A DNA stretch of 64,000 bases from an archaeon (GCA_043810775.1 JBDRNU010000003.1:23776-87775); one strand, 5' to 3'; shown: positions 1 through 8,356, counted from the stretch's first letter. Numbers and translations are program-made. The notes: a model not told the origin generated them from the letters alone.

Positions 1-1
1 T

Positions 2-109
2 ATAAGTAGGTTTGAAACAAGCACCGGGATAAAACAGGAAGAAACTAATTGCTCTGGAAAAAAACAAAGAGATTATTTTTTTATTATTCCCCTTGGAATC
101 TCTCCATAA
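2..109 (+). CDS. 3' end of a gene truncated by the window edge (unknown product)
   Basis: Frame open from 2 to TAA at 107-109 (ISRFETSTG...IIPLGISP*); hand translation. Confidence 0.4.
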   Translation: MSRFETSTGIKQEETNCSGKKQRDYFFIIPLGISP

Positions 110-120
110 AGCTTAAATAT
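108..120 (+). promoter_or_regulatory. BRE/TATA promoter of SRP RNA
   Basis: aaagcttaaatat about 20-25 nt upstream of the RNA 5' end. Confidence 0.55.
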
Positions 121-139
121 GAAGTATTTCTAGTAAAAT

Positions 140-400
140 TGCAGACTAGGCTGGCACGCTAGCCCTGTGCCATTTGCCAGTGGGCTTTAGGCAAGCTGCA
201 AGGAGGGTGTGTGATACAGACTATAGAAAGTCTTTATTTGGACGTTGAGGTTTTGTCCTGCTCGATCTTGCTCTTGCGAAATGGGTCAGACCTTGATCGG
301 AGCAGCCCTAAACTTGAGTTAAGGTGCTTGTAGGGTAGCAAAGCTGAGAAAGAATAAAGGTAGCTTTTTACGGTTTGTTGAGCTATCCTCCGAGTCTGCA
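140..400 (+). ncRNA. ffs: Archaeal signal recognition particle (7S) RNA, reduced form
   Basis: Terminal helix TGCAGACT(140-147)/AGTCTGCA(393-400); Alu hairpins GGCAC/GTGCC and TTGCC/GGCAA with complementary loops AGCCC/GGGCT; helix 8 SRP54 motif GGGTCAGACC..GGAGCAGCCC (283-308); followed by a T-run. Confidence 0.95.
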
Positions 401-424
401 CTTTTTGTGAGGTGATTTCTTTAA

Positions 425-817
425 ATGAAAAAAAAAGATATAACTATTATGTTAGTTGATGATGATGTTGAATATGGAGAAATAGTTGTGAAGGGGATTC
501 AAATGCATGGATATTCTGTAATTTATTTTTCTAAAGGCAAGGAAGCTATAAATGCAATTAAGGATGGTAAAAAATATGATGCTGCTTTAATTGATTTATC
601 CCTTGAAGATATAAGTGGAGCAGAAGTTATTAGTGCTTCAAAAGATACTAATCCTAGCATAAGAGTTTATACTTTTACAGGTTATTCTATTAGTGAAGAT
701 GATGCTAAAAGATTAAGAGCTGATTGGCATATGAACAAATCTGATTTGTCTACTAAAGAGGGGAGAAAGTCGGTTTTTGAGAATATGGATTGTTATTTTA
801 GAATCAATGAGTCATAA
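425..817 (+). CDS. Single-domain response regulator (CheY-like receiver)
   Basis: IMLVDDD, ALIDLSL (phospho-Asp), FTG, MNK motifs; SD gaggtga upstream. Confidence 0.9.
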   Translation: MKKKDITIMLVDDDVEYGEIVVKGIQMHGYSVIYFSKGKEAINAIKDGKKYDAALIDLSLEDISGAEVISASKDTNPSIRVYTFTGYSISEDDAKRLRADWHMNKSDLSTKEGRKSVFENMDCYFRINES

Positions 818-852
818 GGAAGATTTAATAATTCTATCTCTTTATTTTTATC

Positions 853-1290
853 ATGAAAAAAAGAATACTGCATACTTTATTATTAATATTTCTCGCAGCT
901 ATATTAGTTAGCTTATTATGGGAGCTAGGCCACTCTAAATTATATGACTGGAATAAAGAACCATTAAAAAATGATTTTAATTTCTATATTTACAGAATAT
1001 TAAAATCAACAATCGGCGACGGAATATTTATACTGCTAATATTTTTGCTGAATTCTCTATTTAGACATAATTTTAAATGGATTTCAGAGCCCAGGAAGAG
1101 AGATTTTTTTATTTTGGCTGTATTAGGCATAGCTTTTGCAATTTTAATTGAGATACGGGCAAGAATGATGAATTTATGGAGCTATAATGAGCTAATGCCC
1201 ACTATATTTGGAATTGGAGTCACTCCTTTAATTCAGCTAGCAGCTACGAGCATGATTATCTTAATAGTATTAAGAAAAGTTTTAAAATAA
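853..1290 (+). CDS. Small multi-pass membrane protein
   Basis: Four hydrophobic segments; WSYNELMP..G.TPL.Q motif. Confidence 0.75.
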   Translation: MKKRILHTLLLIFLAAILVSLLWELGHSKLYDWNKEPLKNDFNFYIYRILKSTIGDGIFILLIFLLNSLFRHNFKWISEPRKRDFFILAVLGIAFAILIEIRARMMNLWSYNELMPTIFGIGVTPLIQLAATSMIILIVLRKVLK

Positions 1291-1321
1291 ACTTTATATA
1301 CTTATATCTTCTTAAATTGAC

Positions 1322-1837
1322 ATGAATAAAAGAGGGCAATTTTATATTGTAGCTGCTGTAATAATAATTATAGCGCTAATTAGCTTGGTGAGCATTACAA
1401 ATTATGTAAGAAACCAGAATAAAGAAACTAAAATTTATGATTTGAGCAAGGAGGTGGGTGATGAAACTGGAGAGGTTTATTCTTATGGAATTTACAATGA
1501 AGAGGATACCCAATTATTAATTAGGAGCTGGCTAAATGAATACGTGAATTATGCTAATAATTACGGGCCTTCTGACTGGCTATTTGTATATGGAAATTCA
1601 GATAATATTACTGCTCTAACTTTTACTAATTATACTGTAGGAAGCATTATCTTAGATTTTGGAGGGTCTGCACAGATTTACACACTAGATGAGACTCGCA
1701 GCCAGGGGCAAAGCTTTATACCTTTTGGAGATTATGTAAATGTAACATTTTTTAATTATGCTTATGATTTTGAATTAAAGAAAGGTGAAAACTTTTACTT
1801 TGTTATAAGAAAAGAGGGAGTAGTTGAAAGAGGCTGA
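1322..1837 (+). CDS. Type IV pilin-like protein (class III signal peptide)
   Basis: MNKRG/QFY plus hydrophobic helix; TATA aaactttatata ~22 nt upstream. Confidence 0.85.
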   Translation: MNKRGQFYIVAAVIIIIALISLVSITNYVRNQNKETKIYDLSKEVGDETGEVYSYGIYNEEDTQLLIRSWLNEYVNYANNYGPSDWLFVYGNSDNITALTFTNYTVGSIILDFGGSAQIYTLDETRSQGQSFIPFGDYVNVTFFNYAYDFELKKGENFYFVIRKEGVVERG

Positions 1838-1838
1838 T

Positions 1839-1868
1839 ATGATAAACAAAAGAGGATTGAGTAGATAA
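1839..1868 (+). pseudogene. Vestigial pilin 5' stub MINKRGLSR*
   Basis: 1839-1862 matches the pilin start 1965-1988 at 22/24 nt, then runs into a stop at the edge of the structured element. Confidence 0.7.
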
Positions 1869-1957
1869 CCTTTAGGAGGTTACCAACTGTCGAGACTAAA
1901 TCTTACTTATGTAAGATATTATCTCAACGAATTAACTTCCTACAAGAGTTAGTTAAT
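1866..1957. repeat. Structured dispersed element, copy 1
   Basis: AACCTTTAGGAGGTT.CCAACTGTCG-[hairpin]-CAACGAATTAACTTCCT..AGAGTTAGTTAAT, shared with 18712-18784. Confidence 0.85.
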
Positions 1958-1964
1958 GATTAAA

Positions 1965-2456
1965 ATGATAAATAAAAAAGGATTGAGTGAAGTTATAGCT
2001 TATGTATTGCTTATAGTAATAGCACTTACTTTGAGTGCTGTAGTTTATACTTGGATGAAAGGATACTTATTCGTACCTAGTGAAGTCTGCCCTGAAGGAG
2101 CGTCAATAATTATTCAAGATTATGATTGCAGTGAATTTCCTAAAATACAAGTACTACTAAATAATCATGGAAGGTATAACTTAGATGGATTTGTTATAAA
2201 AGGAAGCAATAACAGCCAGGGGCTTGTGATTAATCCTTTAGAGCCTATTCCTAACCCCAATATGTTTGAAGGAGGATTTATATTAGTTCCAGATTTCAGG
2301 CCAGGATTATCAATAAAAGAAAATTTTACATATTTTGAATTAAACAGCTTAAGCAGGATTGAAATTTCACCAATAATGTATGATGAGAAATCAGATAATT
2401 ATATTATTTGCGAGGAATCAGTAATAGTGCAACAGGTTGGAGGGTGCCCTCCATAA
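1965..2456 (+). CDS. Type IV pilin
   Basis: MINKKG/LSEVIAYVLLI class III signal; start moved from 1956 to 1965. Confidence 0.9.
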   Translation: MINKKGLSEVIAYVLLIVIALTLSAVVYTWMKGYLFVPSEVCPEGASIIIQDYDCSEFPKIQVLLNNHGRYNLDGFVIKGSNNSQGLVINPLEPIPNPNMFEGGFILVPDFRPGLSIKENFTYFELNSLSRIEISPIMYDEKSDNYIICEESVIVQQVGGCPP

Positions 2457-2488
2457 TATTTTTAAATGAGGTATTCTATTAATAAAAG

Positions 2489-2932
2489 ATGGTGAAAAAC
2501 AAAAAAGGGGTGAGTCCGGTTATTGCAACTGTTCTGCTTATTGCAATTGTAATAGTGATTGCAACTATAATTTTCTTATGGGCTAGAGGATTTATTAAAG
2601 AATCAATTATGAAGCAAGATAAGCCAGATTATCAAGCATGCAGAGAGATTAATCTAGAAACTGCAATTAATAATGATAAACTAGAAATTGTGAATAGAGG
2701 GAATATTCCCGTATATATTATTGATATTAATATGAGGGAAGGTGGAACAGTTTATAGGCAGACTGAAAAAATTGAACTGGGTCAAGGTGAAGCTAAAGTT
2801 ATTTCTGATAGTGAAGGCCCACATGGAGACTTTAGTGCTTATTCTGAAGTTGAATTAGTTCCAGCTATACTTGGTTTAAGAGGAAGCACAAAAACAATTA
2901 AATACTGTACTGAAGATACTATTCTAGCATAA
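2489..2932 (+). CDS. Archaeal type IV pilin (DUF1628-type N-terminus)
   Basis: KKG/VSPVIATVLLIAIV. Confidence 0.92.
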   Translation: MVKNKKGVSPVIATVLLIAIVIVIATIIFLWARGFIKESIMKQDKPDYQACREINLETAINNDKLEIVNRGNIPVYIIDINMREGGTVYRQTEKIELGQGEAKVISDSEGPHGDFSAYSEVELVPAILGLRGSTKTIKYCTEDTILA

Positions 2933-2933
2933 G

Positions 2934-3455
2934 ATGGTAAACAAAAAAGGGGTGAGTCCGGTTATTGCATCTGTACTTTTAATACTAGTAACGATAGTTG
3001 CTGTAGCTCTGATTTCAGCTTTTATAATACCAATGATAAAAGAGCAAATGACAGGAGGAGGAAATTGTTTTAAGGTTCTTGGAAAGATGGAAATAGATAG
3101 TGATGCAGGATATACTTGTAAAAATATAACTTCTGGAGAAACTATGGTGATGGTTAAGAGACAGTATATAGGTGATGAGGATATTAAAGTTACAAAAATT
3201 GTTTTTTCCCTTATTGGACAGGGCAATTCACAAGTAATCCAGATTTTTGACAATACAATAAATGAAAATGTGAGAAAATATAGTGGAAGCTATAATCAGT
3301 CTTTAACTTTGGTGCCAGAAGGCGGAGCACTGACTTATGTGTTCAATACAGGTTCAGCTGGCTTAGGCATTAATGTAGAATCAGTTGATGTAGCTCCTGT
3401 TCTTGGTGACGGAACAACTTGTAATCCAGTTTCTTCTAAAATGCCTGAATGTTAA
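2934..3455 (+). CDS. Archaeal type IV pilin (DUF1628-type N-terminus)
   Basis: KKG/VSPVIASVLLILV. Confidence 0.92.
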   Translation: MVNKKGVSPVIASVLLILVTIVAVALISAFIIPMIKEQMTGGGNCFKVLGKMEIDSDAGYTCKNITSGETMVMVKRQYIGDEDIKVTKIVFSLIGQGNSQVIQIFDNTINENVRKYSGSYNQSLTLVPEGGALTYVFNTGSAGLGINVESVDVAPVLGDGTTCNPVSSKMPEC

Positions 3456-3550
3456 CATCAAGAAAACCCTAAGTTTTATATTGGGTTTTTAGGATGCTCC
3501 AAAATTGGAAAAAAATTTAAAGAGGCCACACCTTAAAAGGGAGTGGTTTC
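3456..3550. repeat. Intergenic hairpin cluster
   Basis: AAAACCC..GGGTTTT, TCCAA-AA-TTGGA, GAGGCCAC-ACCTT-AA-AAGG-GA-GTGGTTTC. Confidence 0.5.
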
Positions 3551-3561
3551 AATTTATGGAC

Positions 3562-4086
3562 ATGGAAAATAAAGGACAGGTTTGGGTGGAGACAGTAATT
3601 TATACTCTTATAGGTCTGACAATAATTGGCATCTTGCTTACAATTGTAACCCCTAAGATAAATGAAACTCGCGATAAAGCAGTAGTTGAACAGAGTGTTG
3701 AGGTTCTTAATTTTATAGATGCAAAGATAAACGACATAAAGTATGTTGCTGGAAATTCAAGAAACCTTCAATTGAGCATAAAAAGCGGCTTGATAATTAT
3801 TGACTCGCAAAATGACACAATTGAATTTATTTTAAAAGGAAGCAACTATAAATATAGTGAGCCAGGAATAATAATTGAAGAGGGAAAGGTAAAAGTGCTT
3901 AGTGTTGAAAGCGGTAAAAAATATGATATTTATCTGGATTTAAATTACTCAAGGAAATTTAACATAACTTATGATGGAATAGATGATATAAGGACTATTC
4001 CAAAAGCAGGTGTTTCTTATGATCTAATCTTATCTAATGAAGGTATAACTGGTGAGCTTACTGAGATAAGATTTCACTTACAATAA
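3562..4086 (+). CDS. Type IV pilin-like protein
   Basis: MENKG/QVWVETVIYTLIGL; start moved to the ATG that gives a short class III leader. Confidence 0.85.
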   Translation: MENKGQVWVETVIYTLIGLTIIGILLTIVTPKINETRDKAVVEQSVEVLNFIDAKINDIKYVAGNSRNLQLSIKSGLIIIDSQNDTIEFILKGSNYKYSEPGIIIEEGKVKVLSVESGKKYDIYLDLNYSRKFNITYDGIDDIRTIPKAGVSYDLILSNEGITGELTEIRFHLQ

Positions 4087-4133
4087 ATTTAAATATAATG
4101 TTAGTTTTCTAAATTAAAAGAAGGTAAATTATA

Positions 4134-5684
4134 ATGGATCAAGTAATGAAAACCGAAAATGCAATTTATATAAATTTGAATCCATCAATCCCTGCTTTGC
4201 CAAGAGTCTCTGACAAGAGTAAAGTTGATGCAAGGTATGTTTTAATTTCTCCTTACGCTTATACACATATATATTGGGACCCAACCAGGAATGAAGTAGT
4301 TTATGAGGTTGAAGAGCCGCTTTTAAATGAAGAGGAAAAAGCTGTTTTAGAAAGTGTTGAAGACGGAATGAAAGAAATAATTAATATAAATGTCATGGTT
4401 GAAAAAACTACTGAAGCTATGATTGAATATATTGACAAGACTGCTAAATTATTGATTTCAGAGATTAATATGAAGATAACTGAAGAAACTTACAAGAAGA
4501 TATTTTATTATTTATACCGAGATTTTATAGGACTAAATGAAATTGAAGCACTTTCACGAGATTATTTTATTGAAGATATTGAGTGCAATGGAATAAATAC
4601 ACCAGTTTATATTGTCCATAGGGTTTACAGGAACTTAAGGACTAATATAATGTTTACTGATGTTGATTACTTAGCTAGTTTTGTTGAAAAACTGGCCCAG
4701 AGATGCGGCAGATATATAAGTTATGCTTCTCCCTTACTAGATGGGAGTCTTCCTGATGGGAGCAGAATAAATGCTACTTATACTACAGACGTTACTAGCA
4801 AAGGTCCTACTTTTACAATAAGAAAATTTACTAAAATACCTTGGACTCCTCCACAGTTAGTTTCACTGAATACGCTAAGCCCGGAAATGCTAGCTTATTT
4901 CTGGCTTTTAATACAGTATAAATCCAATATACTTATTACAGGAGGCACTGCTTCTGGAAAAACTACTTTATTGAATGCTATAGCTTTTTTCATACCTCCA
5001 GAAGCAAGAGTGGTATCTATAGAAGATACGCGAGAGCTTAACTTGCCTAGAGAAAACTGGCTTCCAAGTGTTGCAAGAACTGCTATTGGAATTGGCAAAG
5101 TAGGAGAGGTAGACTTATTTAGCTTACTTAGAAACTCTTTTAGGCAAAATCCAGATTATGTAATTGTGGGGGAGGTAAGAGGAAAAGAGGCATTTGTATT
5201 ATTTCAGGGTATGGCTTCAGGGCACTCAAGTATAAGTACAATTCATGCCGACTCCGTAGATACTGTAATAAAGAGGCTTGAGACCCCACCTATAGAATTA
5301 TCACCTACACTAGTAAATACATTAGATGCTATTGCTATAATGAGCCATGCAATTGTAAACAAGCAGGAAACAAGAAGACTTAGAGAGATAGTTGAGGTAG
5401 TTAATGTTAATCCAGATGGTGTTGCCATAACAAATACTCCTTTTATGTGGGATCCTGCTAAGGATAAATTCTTTTTTAAAAAAGACAGCAAAGTCCTGCA
5501 AAAAATATCACATAGATATGGTATTTCACAAGAAGCTTTGTCCAAGGAGTTTGGACTAAGGTCAAAATTCATATATGAGCTATTTAGAAGAAAGATATAT
5601 GGTTTTGAAGATGTCCAGAAGCTTGTAAACCAGTATTATAAAGACCCTGTTGCAACACTAAGGCAGTTTGGAGTTATTAAGTGA
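4134..5684 (+). CDS. Type IV pilus/type II secretion ATPase (FlaI/VirB11/PilB family)
   Basis: Walker A GGTASGKTT, SIEDTRE, RQNPDYVIVGEVRG, STIHA. Confidence 0.95.
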   Translation: MDQVMKTENAIYINLNPSIPALPRVSDKSKVDARYVLISPYAYTHIYWDPTRNEVVYEVEEPLLNEEEKAVLESVEDGMKEIININVMVEKTTEAMIEYIDKTAKLLISEINMKITEETYKKIFYYLYRDFIGLNEIEALSRDYFIEDIECNGINTPVYIVHRVYRNLRTNIMFTDVDYLASFVEKLAQRCGRYISYASPLLDGSLPDGSRINATYTTDVTSKGPTFTIRKFTKIPWTPPQLVSLNTLSPEMLAYFWLLIQYKSNILITGGTASGKTTLLNAIAFFIPPEARVVSIEDTRELNLPRENWLPSVARTAIGIGKVGEVDLFSLLRNSFRQNPDYVIVGEVRGKEAFVLFQGMASGHSSISTIHADSVDTVIKRLETPPIELSPTLVNTLDAIAIMSHAIVNKQETRRLREIVEVVNVNPDGVAITNTPFMWDPAKDKFFFKKDSKVLQKISHRYGISQEALSKEFGLRSKFIYELFRRKIYGFEDVQKLVNQYYKDPVATLRQFGVIK

Positions 5685-5714
5685 AGATTTCTTAAGATTG
5701 AATATACTTATTAA

Positions 5715-5767
5715 TATATTACTATTAGTAATATAGTAAAGTTTATATATTATTAGTATATTACTAA
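5715..5767 (+). promoter_or_regulatory. Internal promoter flanked by palindromic operator-like sites
   Basis: Inverted repeat TATATTACTA-T-TAGTAATATA (5715-5735), BRE/TATA aaagtttatata (5738-5749), near-palindrome TTAGTATATTACTAA (5753-5767). Confidence 0.65.
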
Positions 5768-5770
5768 ATT

Positions 5771-5935
5771 ATGGGAAATATAACTCTTAAAGGATTTATA
5801 TGCGAGAGATGCACTCATAAATGGATTCCTAGAAATTTACAAGAGCCTAGAGTATGTCCAAAATGCAAGTCACCTTACTGGAATGTTCCCAGGAAGAAGA
5901 AAAAGAAAATGCAAAAAAAAGGAGGGTTGAAATGA
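5771..5935 (+). CDS. 54-aa zinc-ribbon protein with basic tail (not in ORF track)
   Basis: MGNITLKGFICERCTHKWIPRNLQEPRVCPKCKSPYWNVPRKKKKKMQKKGGLK; two CxxC pairs. Confidence 0.85.
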   Translation: MGNITLKGFICERCTHKWIPRNLQEPRVCPKCKSPYWNVPRKKKKKMQKKGGLK

Positions 5936-6099
5936 TAGACTTATATAAATTGCAGGAAATTGCACAGCTTGTAGAAGCAATGAATGAAGCTGTCATGAAG
6001 CTGGAGATTGCTGAAAAAAAACAGGATTTTGAAAAAATTAAACGTGGAAAAGATGAAATCATGAATTTTAAAAATAATATAGATAGAATTTTAAAATGA
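5932..6099 (+). CDS. Small helical protein (55 aa)
   Basis: ATGA overlap with the zinc-ribbon gene and GGAGG upstream favour start 5932 over 5854. Confidence 0.7.
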   Translation: MIDLYKLQEIAQLVEAMNEAVMKLEIAEKKQDFEKIKRGKDEIMNFKNNIDRILK

Positions 6100-6149
6100 A
6101 GAAATTAAAAAATTCAGCATTTCAAACTCCTGATGGAGATTTAAGATGA
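6096..6149 (+). CDS. 17-aa mini-ORF with ATGA overlaps at both ends
   Basis: MKKLKNSAFQTPDGDLR*; start overlaps the stop at 6097-6099, stop overlaps the ATG at 6146. Confidence 0.35.
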   Translation: MKKLKNSAFQTPDGDLR

Positions 6150-7498
6150 ACATTGAGGAACTAAAATATAATATTGAAATGGAAAAAGAAATAGTCAGAG
6201 AGCTATATTCTTTTGCAAATCAGTTTAATGAGCTATCACAGGAGACTTCAGCTGAAAAGTTAGGAAGAATAATAAAAAAACAAGAAGAGAGAGTAATGTT
6301 ACAAGCTATTAATTCTTTGATAGGCCAGTTAAGGATAATAAATAACTCTATTCCAGACTTGCTTAAAGGAGTTTCAGTATATAAGCAACTACCTGGTGAA
6401 AATACAATTTCCCAGCAAAAAAAGCTTGTAAGTTTGAAGTATACTCCTGCATTTTCAAGAAAAAACATGAATGTAACTATAAAAGAAAAAGATATGAGGG
6501 ACTTTATGAGTGAACTTACAATAAGCAAGAATACTATAAAAAGAATAAAAAAATATAAAGAAGGCAAAAAAGAGCATTTAGTTGAATTTAAAAAAGCCAA
6601 TAAATATGGAAGATTTGCAAATAAGCTTTTTTCTAAATCATCTAAAACTTTAATTAAAGAAGGTTATTTTAGAGCTGCTATCAATGACTTAAGAAAATCC
6701 AATTTATCTGTTCTTTCAGGCACTTATGTTTCAATGATAATACTTTCAACTATTCTGGCATTTATTGCCGGAGTATTTTTATATGTATTTTTGATTTTTT
6801 TTAAAGTTTCTCTAACCTGGCCAATAATATCTGTTATTGACACTTCAATAGAGAGATTACTCTGGAATTTATGCATAATAATCATATTGCCTATTTTAAC
6901 ATTTTTAGCATTTTATTATTATCCTGCATCAGAAGCTATGTCTTTAAAGAGAAAAATCGAGCAGGAAATTCCTTTTGTAGCTATTCATATGTCTGCAATA
7001 GCTGGCTCTGGCATAGAACCTAGCCAGATATTCAAAATAATTGCATTAAGCAGCGAATATAAATATACCAGGCAAGAAATAAGAAAAGTGCTCAATCAAA
7101 TTAATGTTTATGGCTATGACTTATCTAATGCCCTGAAAAATTCTGCCAGAGCTACTTCAAGCCCAAAATTGTCAGAACTTTTTAAAGGATTGGCAACTAC
7201 TATAACTAGCGGGGGCAGTTTAAATGAATTTCTTGACAAAAGATCTGAATCCTTGCTGTTAGATTATAAATTAGAAAGAGAAAAATATTCTAAGATTGCG
7301 GAAACATTTATGGATATTTACATTAGTGTAGTTATAGCAGCGCCTATGATAATGATGCTATTATTAGTATTGATTAATATAAGTGGAATTAGTATTGGCC
7401 TTAGCATGATGGGATTTACTTTAGTTATCATACTCATAGTTTTTTTAATAAATATTGTATTTTTGGTGTTTTTGCAAATAAAACAACCAGCTTATTGA
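6146..7498 (+). CDS. Pilus platform membrane protein (TadC/FlaJ, T2SS F domain)
   Basis: EIPFVAIHMSAIAGSG, YGYDLSNALK, ELFKGLATTITSGGSL; several TM helices. Confidence 0.9.
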   Translation: MNIEELKYNIEMEKEIVRELYSFANQFNELSQETSAEKLGRIIKKQEERVMLQAINSLIGQLRIINNSIPDLLKGVSVYKQLPGENTISQQKKLVSLKYTPAFSRKNMNVTIKEKDMRDFMSELTISKNTIKRIKKYKEGKKEHLVEFKKANKYGRFANKLFSKSSKTLIKEGYFRAAINDLRKSNLSVLSGTYVSMIILSTILAFIAGVFLYVFLIFFKVSLTWPIISVIDTSIERLLWNLCIIIILPILTFLAFYYYPASEAMSLKRKIEQEIPFVAIHMSAIAGSGIEPSQIFKIIALSSEYKYTRQEIRKVLNQINVYGYDLSNALKNSARATSSPKLSELFKGLATTITSGGSLNEFLDKRSESLLLDYKLEREKYSKIAETFMDIYISVVIAAPMIMMLLLVLINISGISIGLSMMGFTLVIILIVFLINIVFLVFLQIKQPAY

Positions 7499-7504
7499 GA
7501 TAAA

Positions 7505-8356
7505 ATGGAACTAGAAAAAAAACATATTATGGGCATAGTTTTTGCATTTATAATTTTGACAGTTAATATTATATTTTTAAGAGAAGAGGAAATATTTTAC
7601 TTTATTATAGGAATTGCCCTGCTAATTGCTGTTTTGCCTTTTGTTGCTTCTTTATCACTTGAAAGTTCAAGGGCTAAAGAAAACGATGAAATGTTCTTGG
7701 AATTTTCCAGGAATCTGGTAGAAAGTGTTAAATCTGGAACTCCTGTAAGCAAAAGCATTCTTCATGTTAGTGATAAAAACTACGGCTCTCTTTCCCCACA
7801 TATAAAAAAGCTGTCTAATCAAATAGCTATTGGGATTCCTGTTAAAGAGTCTTTAGAAATATTTGCCAGAGATGTAAATAGCTCAACTGTATCCAGAGCC
7901 GTCACTTTAATAAGTGAAGCTGAACAGGCAGGGGGAAGTATTGATATTATATTAGAATCTGTAGCTAAGTCTGTATCTACTTCTGAAAAACTGAAGAAAG
8001 AGAGGAAAGCTGCAATTTACAGCTTAATTGTACAGGGTTATATAATATTTTTTGTATTTATTGTAATAATGTTGATTATGCAGTACAAAATCCTTGCAAT
8101 GACAGTTGGAATAACTAGTACTGAAGGATTTGGGACAAGCAGCAGCGTAGAACAATTAGGAATTGGGCAGCAGCAAATCTCGCCTGAACAGTTTTCAATA
8201 CCTTTTTTGATGCTTTTAATAACTCAGGGTTTTTTTGCTGGAATTATTATTGGGAAGCTATCAGAAGGTACAATTAAAGCTGGGCTTAAGCACTCATTTG
8301 CGCTTGTTATAATATCTGTATTAATCTCAACAGGAGCTAATGCATTTTTCAGCTAA
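7505..8356 (+). CDS. Pilus platform membrane protein (TadC/FlaJ, T2SS F domain)
   Basis: FLEFSRNLVESVKSG, YGSLS, EAEQAGG, GKLSEG..AGLKH. Confidence 0.9.
   Translation: MELEKKHIMGIVFAFIILTVNIIFLREEEIFYFIIGIALLIAVLPFVASLSLESSRAKENDEMFLEFSRNLVESVKSGTPVSKSILHVSDKNYGSLSPHIKKLSNQIAIGIPVKESLEIFARDVNSSTVSRAVTLISEAEQAGGSIDIILESVAKSVSTSEKLKKERKAAIYSLIVQGYIIFFVFIVIMLIMQYKILAMTVGITSTEGFGTSSSVEQLGIGQQQISPEQFSIPFLMLLITQGFFAGIIIGKLSEGTIKAGLKHSFALVIISVLISTGANAFFS

Noticed and set aside
140-400. RNase P RNA as identity of the structured RNA
   Set aside because: No GAGGAAAGUCC/P4 signature; Alu and helix 8 motifs identify SRP RNA
1866-1957. Hammerhead or HDV-like ribozyme reading of the repeated element (CTGTCG..CGAA)
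   Set aside because: CUGANGA is not met (CUGUCGA / CUGUCGU), there is no GAAA-stem-UH, and I could not build an HDV nested pseudoknot by eye
5854-5931. N-terminal part of track ORF 5854..6099
   Set aside because: Overlaps the better-supported Zn-ribbon gene in another frame; true start is likely 5932
5686-6154. Weak similarity AGATTT..TAAGAT(T)GAA.AT at 5686-5705 and 6138-6153 as a sixth junction duplication
   Set aside because: Needs gaps, is AT-rich and could arise by chance
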